A stretch of DNA of 64,000 bases from contig JAKPTE010000010.1 in assembly GCA_029571215.1 (NCBI GenBank), forward strand, positions 28,431 through 92,430. Reading direction: 5' to 3'. The DNA is from Bacteroidota bacterium (GTDB lineage: Bacteria; Bacteroidota; Bacteroidia; Bacteroidales; JAAYUG01). The notes below the pieces were generated by a model that was given only the letters and a program-made list of their open reading frames with translations, searched no databases and was not told where the DNA came from. Position 1 is the stretch's first letter. Each line of letters begins with the position of its first letter. Below are positions 38,428 through 48,171 of the stretch, piece by piece. The position numbers were made by a program, and so were the translations under genes.

Positions 38428-38985
38428 ATGGCAGAACGGAAAACAAGAACCATCCTGGGCATTGATCCGGGTACCAACGTGATGGGGTATGGCATTATTC
38501 GCACATCCGGGAAAAATCCTGAACTAATTGCCCTTGACGTGCTGAAATTGAAAAAGAGTGAGCATCATTTCGAAAGACTTTCCCGGATTTTTGAATGTAC
38601 CTTGTCGTTGATAGAAAAATACCACCCGGACGAACTGGCAATTGAAGCACCGTTTTATGGGAAAAATGTGCAGTCAATGCTGAAGCTGGGCCGTGCACAG
38701 GGAGCGGCTATTGCTGCTGCCCTCCACAAAAACATTCCAGTATATGAATATGCCCCCAGAAAAATCAAAATGGCCATTACCGGCATTGGCAGCGCTTCCA
38801 AGGAACAGGTTGCCAGCATCCTTCAGCAGATGATGCATATTGATGCAATGCCCGTGAAGCTGGATGCTACTGATGGACTTGCTGTTGCTATATGCCACTG
38901 TTTTCAGAAAATTCCCGTAACAAAATCATCGGGATATTCGGGCTGGAAGGACTTTATTAAGAACAATCCTTCGCGATTGAAATAA
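38428..38985 (+). CDS. ruvC: Crossover junction endodeoxyribonuclease RuvC
   Basis: Shows ILGIDPGTNVMGYG, with the catalytic acidic residues placed as in RuvC. 185 aa. Confidence 0.93.
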   Translation: MAERKTRTILGIDPGTNVMGYGIIRTSGKNPELIALDVLKLKKSEHHFERLSRIFECTLSLIEKYHPDELAIEAPFYGKNVQSMLKLGRAQGAAIAAALHKNIPVYEYAPRKIKMAITGIGSASKEQVASILQQMMHIDAMPVKLDATDGLAVAICHCFQKIPVTKSSGYSGWKDFIKNNPSRLK

Positions 38986-39048
38986 GTTTCCGGACTTCGC
39001 ACAATCCGTTATCCGTTTTGCTATAGCCTGTGCGAATTCGTTGAATTC

Positions 39049-39444
39049 CTAAACAAGGTATTTTCTAATTGCCGAGGCGATGGCTTCCATTTCTTCGGGG
39101 GGAAGCTTTAGTTTCGGATTGGAAAAGTTGATGTCGTCCATTGAATTCAGCGGAACCAGATGAATATGGGCATGGGGAACTTCAAGACCGATAACGGCAA
39201 CACCTATACGCTTACAGGGTACAGCCTTTTCAATTGCCCGGGCAATTCGTTTCGCAAAGACCATGATTTCGGAAAGGTCAGAATCGCCCAAATCGAAAAG
39301 GTAATCAGTTTCTTTTTTGGGAACCACCAGCACATGTCCTTTGGCCAGAGGATTGATATCGAGAAAAGCGAAAAACTTCTCATTTTCCGCAATTCGGTAA
39401 CAGGGGATCTCTCCGCTGATAATTCTGCTGAAAATGGTAGCCAT
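39049..39444 (-). CDS. HIT-family (histidine triad) protein
   Basis: Has the HAHIHLVP histidine-triad motif. 131 aa. Confidence 0.9.
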   Translation of the reverse strand: MATIFSRIISGEIPCYRIAENEKFFAFLDINPLAKGHVLVVPKKETDYLFDLGDSDLSEIMVFAKRIARAIEKAVPCKRIGVAVIGLEVPHAHIHLVPLNSMDDINFSNPKLKLPPEEMEAIASAIRKYLV

Positions 39445-39454
39445 GGTATGCAGA

Positions 39455-39928
39455 TTAAATTGAAATGTCGAGTATTTCGAGTTTCAGTGCCCCGGAAGGG
39501 ACTTTGACTTCCACAACTTCTCCCACTTTTCTTCCAAGGAGCGCTTTCGCAATTGGGGTGCTGATGGCAATTTTACCTGCTTTCAGATTGGCTTCGCTTT
39601 CCGAAACAAGGGTATATTCCATTATCTGGTTGTTGAGGATGTTTCTAATTTTTACCCGGTTCAGGATCTGAACGAAACTGGTATTGATTTTGGTTTCGTC
39701 TATGATCCTTGTATTGGCGATCAGATCTTCCAGTTTCTTAATCTTCAGCTCGAGCATTCCCTGAGCTTCCTTGGCGGCTGCGTATTCTGCGTTTTCCGAC
39801 AGATCGCCCTTATCGCGTGCTTCGGCAATCATCCGGCTGATAGCGGGACGTTCCACATTTTTCAGGTGGTCGAGTTCTGCTTTCAGCTTTTGCAGACCAT
39901 CGGCTGTAACATACGATGTGTTGTTCAT
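39455..39928 (-). CDS. greA: Transcription elongation factor GreA
   Basis: Start trimmed to the ATG at 39928. Has a coiled-coil N-domain (DLSENAEYAAAKE) and the GreA C-domain. Confidence 0.93.
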   Translation of the reverse strand: MNNTSYVTADGLQKLKAELDHLKNVERPAISRMIAEARDKGDLSENAEYAAAKEAQGMLELKIKKLEDLIANTRIIDETKINTSFVQILNRVKIRNILNNQIMEYTLVSESEANLKAGKIAISTPIAKALLGRKVGEVVEVKVPSGALKLEILDISI

Positions 39929-40083
39929 AATTTCTTCCTCCGGAAAATTACAGGGATTGAAAAAACAAAAAGAATTCCGGTTTACCCGGAACCCTTCCAT
40001 GCAAAAATAAAAAAAAGTTCAAAATATGCAACAGAAAAAATGAAAAAATAGTCTGTTTTTCAGATTATTGGAATGCAAAAGCA

Positions 40084-40641
40084 TCAGAAGTTGTCTCTTC
40101 GTTTAAGAATTTCGGAATAAATAATGGCTTTTCTCCAGTCAACATCTTCCAGTAAAGGGTGTCTTGACTGAAATTCCTCGTCATATGCTTTGTTTCCTTT
40201 GATTTCGGCCGAAGCAATGGAAACGGAAACATCGGCAAAAGCTTCTTTTTCGGCCTGTGATGAATAAGATATGGTGGCAGGAATTCCTTCCCTGGAAAGA
40301 AGGTCCTCTTTTTCGCGCCGAATTTCTTCAGGTTCTGTAAGATCCCCTCCCTGATACGTTTCATAAACCGGTTCAGGATTGGTTTTGCCTTCCTGATTAA
40401 CCGTTTGGGGATACCCTTCCTTGTCAGAATTGTATGTTGGTGTCGGTGATACTTCACCGAAAAATTTGCGGATCACTTCTCCGGGATCATCCGGAATTTG
40501 CGTAGGAAATGGCTCGGAAAAGATGTCTCTGGTAGGTTTCCCTGTTGAAACAGGCCCTGTCCCTTTTTTTCTGATTTGTGAGATGATGGCAATCAGGGTA
40601 ACCAAAATGGTAATCAGAATAGTAACTATACTATCGTCCAT
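40084..40641 (-). CDS. Hypothetical single-pass membrane protein, mostly disordered
   Basis: An N-terminal TM (IVTILITILVTLIAII) is followed by a long Pro/Glu-rich region and a short conserved-looking C-terminus (DWRKAIIYSEILKRR). It overlaps the upstream ORF by 11 nt. Confidence 0.5.
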   Translation of the reverse strand: MDDSIVTILITILVTLIAIISQIRKKGTGPVSTGKPTRDIFSEPFPTQIPDDPGEVIRKFFGEVSPTPTYNSDKEGYPQTVNQEGKTNPEPVYETYQGGDLTEPEEIRREKEDLLSREGIPATISYSSQAEKEAFADVSVSIASAEIKGNKAYDEEFQSRHPLLEDVDWRKAIIYSEILKRRDNF

Positions 40642-40984
40642 GGCGGCGTTTTGATTTGCGGTTGAATATTCCCTCCAGCGGATTTCTCCTGGTTTTATTG
40701 TTGTAATGCTTTTTTGTCAGTTTTTCATTTTCCTTCATCCGTTGCTGCACTTCTTTACTCTGAAGATTGAAATGCCTTTTCTTTTTGGCTTCCTGTTCTT
40801 TGATGGCCTGTTTTTTCTGCTCCACTCTCACTTTTTCGGCCTTCTTTTTGGCCGATCGCACTTTTTTGCTTTCCTGTCCGAATGACGAGGGAAAGCATAG
40901 CAAAAGAACAAGCAGCATCAAAACTATTTGTTTACCTGTATTTCCAAAGGAGCTTTCCGCGGCATTCCTTTCTCCATTTTTCAT
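40631..40984 (-). CDS. Hypothetical secreted Lys-rich coiled-coil protein
   Basis: Start trimmed to the ATG at 40984 (MKNGERN...) to avoid overlap with the divergent gene. Has a signal-like segment (IVLMLLVLLLCFPSSFG) followed by a KKKAEKVRVEQKKQAIKEQEAKKK stretch. Confidence 0.4.
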   Translation of the reverse strand: MKNGERNAAESSFGNTGKQIVLMLLVLLLCFPSSFGQESKKVRSAKKKAEKVRVEQKKQAIKEQEAKKKRHFNLQSKEVQQRMKENEKLTKKHYNNKTRRNPLEGIFNRKSKRRHGR

Positions 40985-41015
40985 AGATATGCGTACTTTT
41001 ACATAAATTTGTCCC

Positions 41016-41450
41016 GTGAAGACGTTTTTTTCAAAGGTAACGATTTTTTTCATTACTTTTTTTCTGCTGAATGCAGCAACAGGGTGCGATAAGCAGGAAG
41101 AATATGTTCCCTATGTATATGTCAATTTTTACCTTACGCTGGCCGGTGATCTGGCCAATGTGGGGGTAGGAGGGCATTACATTGTTCCTGATAAAGGACT
41201 GAATGGCATCATTATCATCAGGAAGGATGTATATGATTACCAGGCATTTGAGCTGACATGTACCTATAAAGCTTTTGAACAGAGGTGTAAACTGAACGTT
41301 GACAACGATGGCTGGATTGCTTCCTGCCCTTGCTGCGGCTCAGAATTCGGACTTTTCCTCGACGGATTCCCTCAAAAAGGGCCTGCATCCAAACCCCTTA
41401 AACAGTATCGTACCACCCTTAGCGGAAATTACCTGCTTATCAGCAATTGA
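41016..41450 (+). CDS. Hypothetical lipoprotein with a degenerate Rieske-like Cys pattern
   Basis: GTG start with a signal and lipobox (LLNAATGC). Has C-T-Y ... x19 ... CPCCGSEF where Rieske proteins have C-x-H ... C-x-x-H. Confidence 0.5.
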   Translation: MKTFFSKVTIFFITFFLLNAATGCDKQEEYVPYVYVNFYLTLAGDLANVGVGGHYIVPDKGLNGIIIIRKDVYDYQAFELTCTYKAFEQRCKLNVDNDGWIASCPCCGSEFGLFLDGFPQKGPASKPLKQYRTTLSGNYLLISN

Positions 41451-41584
41451 AGTATTTTGGCACAAATAGCTCCCTGCATTTTTTTTTGGTGTTTTCCTTC
41501 AGGAATAGGTATTATGCAACTTCACCCATCGCTTCGATACCTGGGAGAGTGTTCCGGTTGGTTTTCCAGATGACAGAGAAAGCA

Positions 41585-43018
41585 TTAATAACGATAGTGC
41601 TCAGGCTTATAGGGCCCATCGATGGGAACACCGATGTACTCAGCCTGTTTGGGCGTAAGTTTGGTCAGTTTAACTCCCAGTTGATCAAGATGAAGCCTTG
41701 CCACTTCCTCGTCGAGTTTCTTGGGAAGCCTGTACACATCAACAGGATAGTTGTGTGTCCACAAGTCAATTTGTGCCAGCACCTGATTGGAGAATGAGTT
41801 GCTCATGACAAATGAGGGATGGCCTGTGGCACAACCCAGGTTAACCAGGCGTCCTTCGGCCAGCAGAAAGATGGAATGACCCTGCGGAAAGGTATATTTA
41901 TCAACCTGGGGCTTGATATTGGTTTTCATAATACCCGGGTAAGCTTCCAGTTTATCAACCTGGATTTCGTTGTCAAAATGACCAATGTTGCATACAATGG
42001 CCTGATCTTTCATTCGTTCCATGTGCTCTATGGTGATCACATCACAGTTGCCGGTAGCGGTAACAAAGATGTTTCCTTCCTTTAAAGCATCCTCCATGGT
42101 GGTAACTTCAAATCCTTCCATGGCAGCCTGAAGGGCGTTGATAGGATCTATTTCGGTTACAAGAACCCGGGCTCCGTAGGACCGCATGGATCGGGCACAG
42201 CCTTTACCCACATCACCGTAACCACAGACCACTACTACCTTGCCGGCAATCATTACATCGGTGGCCCGCTTGATGCCATCGGCAAGAGATTCCCTGCATC
42301 CGTATAGGTTGTCAAATTTTGATTTAGTGACGGAATCGTTGACATTGATGGCAGGGAAAAGAAGTGTTCCTTTTTCTTTCATCTGGTAAAGCCGGTGTAC
42401 CCCGGTGGTGGTTTCTTCGGAAACGCCTTTGATTCCTGCGGCGATACGGGTCCACTTACCCGGTTCCCTGGAATACGTTTCCCTGAGTTTGTTCAGAATG
42501 ATTTCTTCTTCCCTGCTCCCCGGTTTTCTGTTGAGGAAAGATGGATCTTTTTCGGCCTGAACGCCCCAATGTACCATCAGGGTAGCATCACCCCCGTCGT
42601 CAACAATCAGATTGGGCCCCAGACCTCCGGGGAAGGTGAGAGCTTGTTCGGTACACCACCAGTATTCTTCGAGAGTTTCACCCTTCCAAGCAAACACGGG
42701 AATTCCTTCTCTTGCAATGGCCGCTGCTGCATGATCCTGGGTGGAGAAAATGTTGCAGCTCGCCCAGCGGACTTCAGCCCCCAGCTCACGGAGGGTTTCG
42801 ATCAATACAGCGGTCTGGATGGTCATATGCAGCGAACCGGTAATACGCGCTCCTTTTAATGGTTTGGAAGCCGCATATTTCTTCCTGATGGCCATCAGGC
42901 CCGGCATTTCTTTTTCGGCAATTTCAATTTCCTTCCGCCCGAAATCAGCCAGGCTGATGTCTTTGACCCTGTACGGCAGGGTTTTAGTTTCTTGTGTGGT
43001 AGTGGTATTCATAGTCAT
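41585..43018 (-). CDS. ahcY: Adenosylhomocysteinase
   Basis: 477 aa with an NAD-binding GYGDVGKG motif and highly conserved AhcY blocks throughout. Confidence 0.97.
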   Translation of the reverse strand: MTMNTTTTQETKTLPYRVKDISLADFGRKEIEIAEKEMPGLMAIRKKYAASKPLKGARITGSLHMTIQTAVLIETLRELGAEVRWASCNIFSTQDHAAAAIAREGIPVFAWKGETLEEYWWCTEQALTFPGGLGPNLIVDDGGDATLMVHWGVQAEKDPSFLNRKPGSREEEIILNKLRETYSREPGKWTRIAAGIKGVSEETTTGVHRLYQMKEKGTLLFPAINVNDSVTKSKFDNLYGCRESLADGIKRATDVMIAGKVVVVCGYGDVGKGCARSMRSYGARVLVTEIDPINALQAAMEGFEVTTMEDALKEGNIFVTATGNCDVITIEHMERMKDQAIVCNIGHFDNEIQVDKLEAYPGIMKTNIKPQVDKYTFPQGHSIFLLAEGRLVNLGCATGHPSFVMSNSFSNQVLAQIDLWTHNYPVDVYRLPKKLDEEVARLHLDQLGVKLTKLTPKQAEYIGVPIDGPYKPEHYRY

Positions 43019-43019
43019 C

Positions 43020-43970
43020 TCATTGTTTCATGTTTACAGATGCAAGCAATAAACGGGTATGCATTGCATCCCGTTCAAGTTGCTGTTTCAGTTCCTGCAC
43101 ATTGCTGAATTTCATTTCGTCGCGGAGCCTGAAATGGAATGCTAAGGTAAGATTTTTACCGTACAAATCCTGATCATAATCAAAGATGTGTACTTCGATG
43201 GTCTGGTTCAGTAAGTTGTCGTTAATGGTTGGACGCCAGCCGATGTTCAGCATACCCTGTCTCCACATTCCGTCTGCCAGCACTGTGACGGCATATACGC
43301 CACCCGCGGGAACAAGCTTCAGCGGATCTTCCGGTTCGATATTGGCTGTCGGGAATCCGATGGTACGTCCAATACGACTTCCTCCGGTAACTTTGCCTGT
43401 AAGCGGATATACGTACCCAAGAAACGTGTTCGCCTGCTCAACCTGCCCCTGTTCCAGTAATTTCCGGATGAGAGTGGAGCTAACTTTTTGTCCGTCAACA
43501 AGATGAGCATCTGGTTGATATACGTCAATGGAATTCTGTGCGGCAAAATAACGTAAGAATGCAATGTCACCTTCACGATTTTTCCCGAACTGATGATCAA
43601 AACCTACCACCAGGGTACGTACCTTGATTTTCTCAACAAGGTAAAATCGGAGAAACTCTTCCGGGCTCAGGGAAGCAAGCTCCCGCGTAAAGGGTAACAC
43701 CAGGAGGTTATCAATACCCTTTTGTTCCAGAAGCATCACCTTCTCATTGAGGGTTGAGAGGATGCGGATATTCCCGCCTTCAGGCTGAAGAACGGCCCGA
43801 GGGTGCGGCCAGAGCGTAATGACAACCGACTCTCCTCCTGTATTTCGGGCGATATCATTCAGAGCGCTGAGCACTACCTCATGACCCCTGTGCACTCCGT
43901 CAAAAGTGCCGATAGTAACCACAGGCTTCCGGAAATCACAACAATCCTGAATATTGCGAAAAATACGCAC
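43020..43970 (-). CDS. ribF: Bifunctional riboflavin kinase / FAD synthetase
   Basis: The N-terminal FMN adenylyltransferase domain shows [12 protein letters not shown]. The C-terminal kinase domain shows GFPTAN and a ...RLRDE.KF segment. Confidence 0.93.
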   Translation of the reverse strand: MRIFRNIQDCCDFRKPVVTIGTFDGVHRGHEVVLSALNDIARNTGGESVVITLWPHPRAVLQPEGGNIRILSTLNEKVMLLEQKGIDNLLVLPFTRELASLSPEEFLRFYLVEKIKVRTLVVGFDHQFGKNREGDIAFLRYFAAQNSIDVYQPDAHLVDGQKVSSTLIRKLLEQGQVEQANTFLGYVYPLTGKVTGGSRIGRTIGFPTANIEPEDPLKLVPAGGVYAVTVLADGMWRQGMLNIGWRPTINDNLLNQTIEVHIFDYDQDLYGKNLTLAFHFRLRDEMKFSNVQELKQQLERDAMHTRLLLASVNMKQ

Positions 43971-44029
43971 CGCTCTGTTTTTTAGGCGGCAAAGTTAGTA
44001 ATTTTGAAGCGAAGCATAAAAACTTCCGC

Positions 44030-44788
44030 ATGGTTTATGTACGTCCAAAAAAACATCTGGGACAGCATTTTCTGACCGATGCCAACATTGCCCGCAAAAT
44101 AGCCGCTTCGGTGCCCTGCATTTCTTCCCTGCCCCTTTTGGAAATAGGTCCGGGAAAGGGAATTCTCACAGAGTATCTTTTGCATGCATTTGGGGAGAAT
44201 TTCTATGCTGTTGAAATTGATCCGGAGGCGGCAGTCGTTTTGAAGGAACGTTTTCCTGAACTCGGAGAAAGGCTGATAACCGGTGATTTCCTTTCGCTTT
44301 CGCTTGAGGATCTGTTTCCTTTTCAGGTAGGTTTGGCCGGGAATTTGCCGTACAATATTTCGAGCCAGATTTTTTTCAGGCTTCTCGATTATTATAACAA
44401 AATTCCCTTCATGGTTTGTATGGTGCAAAAGGAAGTTGCTGAACGGATAGCTTCACCCGGGGGGGACAAGGATTATGGCATTCTGAGTGTTCTGCTGCAG
44501 GCACACTATTCGGTTGAATATCTTTTTACTGTTGGAGAGCATGTGTTTTTTCCTCCTCCCAAAGTGAAATCGGCCGTAATTCGTCTTATGCGAAAAGAAA
44601 CTCTTCCAGACTGCGATTTCTGGAAACTGAAGAATATTGTAAAAGCGGCATTTAACCAGCGGCGGAAGATGTTGCGCAACTCCCTGTCCGGGTATCCGGA
44701 ACTGCTCCAAAAGTTTCCCGGTATCGCGGAGCTAAGACCCGAAAATCTGAGCGTGGAGGATTTTATCATCCTGGCACAGGCACTTTAG
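44030..44788 (+). CDS. rsmA: 16S rRNA (adenine1518/1519-N6)-dimethyltransferase
   Basis: Shows PKKHLGQHFL, a SAM-binding EIGPGKG motif and NLPYNISS. Confidence 0.93.
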   Translation: MVYVRPKKHLGQHFLTDANIARKIAASVPCISSLPLLEIGPGKGILTEYLLHAFGENFYAVEIDPEAAVVLKERFPELGERLITGDFLSLSLEDLFPFQVGLAGNLPYNISSQIFFRLLDYYNKIPFMVCMVQKEVAERIASPGGDKDYGILSVLLQAHYSVEYLFTVGEHVFFPPPKVKSAVIRLMRKETLPDCDFWKLKNIVKAAFNQRRKMLRNSLSGYPELLQKFPGIAELRPENLSVEDFIILAQAL

Positions 44789-44812
44789 TTGAAGGCATGG
44801 TTAAAAAATTCC

Positions 44813-46087
44813 TCAGAAGGTGGTGGCAATTGCTTCCACCGGATTAAGGAGAGCTGCTTTCCGCGCAGGGAAGATTCCTGAAAGAATTCCGATGGTGGCC
44901 GAAATCATCACTCCCATCAGAATGTTATCGAAGGAAAGGAAGACATAGAAGGTGGTCGACGTCCGGATCCAGAGGGCCCCGAGAAAAACAACAAGCAGGC
45001 CAAGAATACCGCCGGCAACAGCCAGAAGAACCGCTTCGAACAAAAACTGCGTAAGGATAAAATAGTTTTTTGCTCCCAGCGCTTTCTGGATGCCAATGAT
45101 ATTAGTCCGCTCCTTTACCGAAACAAACATGATGTTAGCTATTCCGAACCCGCCCACAATAATGGAAAAGATACCGATAAACCATCCGGCAATTTTGATG
45201 ACCCCGAAAATCTGGTCCAGGCCTCTGTTGAGTATGCTGGCCTGATTCAATGCGAAATTGCTTTCCTGTGTGGGTTTCAGCCTGCGGATGGAACGCATGA
45301 GTCCTTCCATTTCATCCATCATTTCCTGAAGGGCAACTCCGGGTTTTGCTTTTACCATTATGGTTGGTTCACTGCGGTCGTTGCGCAGATCAATCAAATT
45401 TCGGGCAGCATTCAGGGGTATTACCACAACGTTGTCGAGACTACCTCCTCCGAAAATGTTATTTCCTTCCCTGATGGGCACCCCGATTACCCGGAATTTG
45501 AATGCGCCGATTTTGAATTCCTTCCCCAGCGGATCCTGACCCTGAAACAATTTGGAAGCCAGTTCATTGCCAATTATGGCCACATTTCGCCCAGCCCTTG
45601 ATTCTGCTTCCGTGAAATAGCGTCCTTTTTCGAATTCAATTGGTCGTATCTGGTTGAACTCGTGACTGTTGGCCCAGACAATGATATCATTGGCCGAGTT
45701 GTTCCTGTATTTTACCATAAACTGTCCGGCAACGTAAATCCCCACCGCCTGGGCAGTATTAGTTCTCCTTTTCAGTTCTTCGTATTCAGAGTATTTGGGG
45801 ACGGGCCGTTTCAGATAATCCCACCACCGGTAATTTGATTCAAATGACCAGGGCCATTTCTGAATATAGATCACATCATCGCCCAAAGAACTAATGCTGT
45901 TCCTGATGTTCCATTCAAGGGAATCAATCATCGTAAAAACCGATATAATAGCAAAAATACCAATGGTTATGCCAAGCAATGATAATAGTGTGCGAAGCCG
46001 GTTAACTCCTACGGCATGCCATGCAAAAAGAAAGCTTTCTTTGAGGAGCTTCAGAGTCTTTAATAACCGGGTTTTAATGACCTTCAT
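44813..46087 (-). CDS. ABC transporter permease, FtsX/MacB-like (orphan)
   Basis: An N-terminal TM is followed by a large periplasmic MacB-type domain and a C-terminal FtsX 3-TM bundle. No adjacent ATPase. Confidence 0.85.
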   Translation of the reverse strand: MKVIKTRLLKTLKLLKESFLFAWHAVGVNRLRTLLSLLGITIGIFAIISVFTMIDSLEWNIRNSISSLGDDVIYIQKWPWSFESNYRWWDYLKRPVPKYSEYEELKRRTNTAQAVGIYVAGQFMVKYRNNSANDIIVWANSHEFNQIRPIEFEKGRYFTEAESRAGRNVAIIGNELASKLFQGQDPLGKEFKIGAFKFRVIGVPIREGNNIFGGGSLDNVVVIPLNAARNLIDLRNDRSEPTIMVKAKPGVALQEMMDEMEGLMRSIRRLKPTQESNFALNQASILNRGLDQIFGVIKIAGWFIGIFSIIVGGFGIANIMFVSVKERTNIIGIQKALGAKNYFILTQFLFEAVLLAVAGGILGLLVVFLGALWIRTSTTFYVFLSFDNILMGVMISATIGILSGIFPARKAALLNPVEAIATTF

Positions 46088-46333
46088 AACGTATTTTTTT
46101 GGCTATCGGGTTGTAAAGTTACTTGCAATTTTCGAATAAACCCAGATTCTGCAATTGAAACCGATGGGGCTGCCTTAAAAGAATCAATCTGTCATTTTGA
46201 ATTTAGAAGCAGAATTTTTAATTATCAATAAATCAGCTGATTGGTGTACGCAGCGCCAACCAACTGATTTATTAAATTTCTTCATGCTGATGTCGAAAAA
46301 CGAAGATTTAAGACATCCCCATCACCGTACAGG

Positions 46334-46417
46334 CCGATGAATCTTCGCTTCATCGGGGTTAACCCCGATGCTAATGCTTAGCACTATCGCACTATGCATT
46401 AGCTCACTTCGCATAAC
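46334..46417 (+). repeat. Dispersed intergenic repeat, copy B, with nested palindromes
   Basis: CCGATGAA-n7-TTCATCGG overlaps the perfect 20-nt palindrome CATCGGGGTTAACCCCGATG (46351-46370). This is followed by GCTAATGC-n18-GCATTAGC. The core aligns with copy A. Confidence 0.55.
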
Positions 46418-46550
46418 GAGAGCCTAAAAAATTCAACAATATACTATCTGCTTGTTTTTGATGTGGTCTTTTTTTATGGGACGGGATGGGGCCAGCTTCC
46501 TGTAAAAAACTCTGCGAAAATTTGTTTTTCCCAGTTTTGTAGGGAATTGC

Positions 46551-46558
46551 TATTTTTG
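46551..46558 (+). promoter_or_regulatory. Candidate -7 box (TATTTTTG) for purH
   Basis: A TAnnTTTG match lies 22 nt upstream of the purH ATG. No well-spaced -33 element. Confidence 0.35.
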
Positions 46559-46580
46559 CCAACACTAATAACCTTATACC

Positions 46581-48107
46581 ATGAACGACAAGAAGAAAAT
46601 CCGGTCAGCTCTTATCTCAGTATATTATAAAGACGGGCTGGAGCCGGTAGTGAAGTATCTTAAAGAACTTGGTGTAACCATATATTCTACAGGAGGCACC
46701 CAGACTTTTCTTCAGGAACTTGGGATCCCTGTGACTGCGGTGGAAAACCTTACCGGGTATCCGTCCATCCTTGGCGGGAGGGTCAAAACGCTGCATCCGA
46801 AAGTTTTCGGCGGCATACTGGCCCGAAGGAACAACATTTCGGATCAGCGGGAGATGAGCGATTATCAGTTGCCTTATATTGATCTGGTTATTGTTGATTT
46901 GTACCCTTTTGAAGAAACAGTTCTTTCAGGTGCCGGTGAGGCTGAAATCATAGAAAAGATTGATATCGGAGGAATTTCTTTGATAAGGGCAGCTGCTAAA
47001 AATTTTCAGGATGTTCTGGTAGTTTCTTCGCGTAACCAGTATGGAGAACTGCTCGACATATTGCAAAATAGCAGGGGGGAAGTCTCTTTGGAAGAGCGAA
47101 GACGATTTGCCATCAGGGCATTTGATGTGAGTTCCCACTATGATACTGCCATTTATCAGTATTTTTCCAGGGAGATTGAACTACCTTCTTTCAAACAAAG
47201 TATTCCTTCGGGAACTCCCCTGCGATACGGGGAAAATCCACATCAGAAAGGATATTTCTATGGTGATTTCGATAAAATGTTCGAGAAGCTCAACGGAAAG
47301 GAAATTTCGTATAATAATCTGCTCGACATTGATGCTGCCGTCAATCTGATAAGTGATTTTGAAGAAACTTCGGTGGCCATTATTAAACACAACAATGCCT
47401 GTGGTTTTGCCAGCCGGACCAATTTGGTACAGGCCTGGAAAGACGCTCTGGCCGGTGATCCTGTTTCTGCCTATGGTGGCGTGATCATTGCCAACCGGCG
47501 TATCGATGCTCTTACAGCATCCGAAATGGATAAAATCTTTTTCGAAGTAATGATAGCTCCAGGATATGATGAGGAGGCTCTTGCCATTCTGCGGGGGAAA
47601 AAGAACCGGATCATTCTGGCCATGCAAAGTATTCTTTTGCAGGACAAACAGTTCAGAACCGTATTGAACGGGGTTCTGGTTCAGGACAGGGACAAACACA
47701 TCGAAACCCGGGAGGATTTGAAATGTGTCACCGACAAAAGACCAACAGATGATCAGATTACGGATCTTCTGTTTGCCAACAAGCTGGTGAAACATACAAA
47801 GTCGAATGCCATTGTGTTGGCTAAAAACCGGCAGATGTTGGCCAGTGGCGTTGGACAGACTTCGCGGGTTGATGCCCTGCGACAGGCCATTGCTAAGGCC
47901 AATTCCTTCGGTTTTGACCTGAAGGGAGCTGTTATGGCTTCCGATGCCTTTTTCCCGTTTGCCGATTCGGTTGAAATTGCCCATGAGGCTGGTGTAATGG
48001 CTGTTATTCAGCCGGGAGGATCAGTGCGTGACAAGGATTCTATTGATTTCTGTAATGCCCATGGTATGGCAATGGTTTTTACAGGTTACCGGCATTTTAA
48101 ACACTAA
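46581..48107 (+). CDS. purH: Bifunctional AICAR transformylase / IMP cyclohydrolase
   Basis: 508 aa with an MGS-like N-domain (ALISVYYKDGL...STGGT) and a conserved AICARFT domain. Confidence 0.97.
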   Translation: MNDKKKIRSALISVYYKDGLEPVVKYLKELGVTIYSTGGTQTFLQELGIPVTAVENLTGYPSILGGRVKTLHPKVFGGILARRNNISDQREMSDYQLPYIDLVIVDLYPFEETVLSGAGEAEIIEKIDIGGISLIRAAAKNFQDVLVVSSRNQYGELLDILQNSRGEVSLEERRRFAIRAFDVSSHYDTAIYQYFSREIELPSFKQSIPSGTPLRYGENPHQKGYFYGDFDKMFEKLNGKEISYNNLLDIDAAVNLISDFEETSVAIIKHNNACGFASRTNLVQAWKDALAGDPVSAYGGVIIANRRIDALTASEMDKIFFEVMIAPGYDEEALAILRGKKNRIILAMQSILLQDKQFRTVLNGVLVQDRDKHIETREDLKCVTDKRPTDDQITDLLFANKLVKHTKSNAIVLAKNRQMLASGVGQTSRVDALRQAIAKANSFGFDLKGAVMASDAFFPFADSVEIAHEAGVMAVIQPGGSVRDKDSIDFCNAHGMAMVFTGYRHFKH

Positions 48108-48171
48108 ATTCTCTGTCCGTGAACCAGAAAACATCAAAATTTTATTAACATTACAGCCAAATTGAGCCAAT

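Noticed and set aside
41447-41797. 116-aa plus-strand ORF after the Rieske-like lipoprotein gene
   Set aside because: It is mostly antisense to the 3' end of ahcY and has no recognisable features.
43016-43022. Looked for a SAH riboswitch upstream of ahcY
   Set aside because: The ribF stop codon and the ahcY start codon are separated by 1 nt, which leaves no room for a leader RNA.
46430-46580. Looked for a ZTP (pfl) riboswitch upstream of purH
   Set aside because: Neither the conserved GGGTCGTGAC...TGGCG core nor the CCGCCTGGGC pseudoknot element is present. The region is mostly AT-rich promoter-like sequence.
47181-47984. 267-aa ORF on the minus strand
   Set aside because: It is an antisense shadow of purH.
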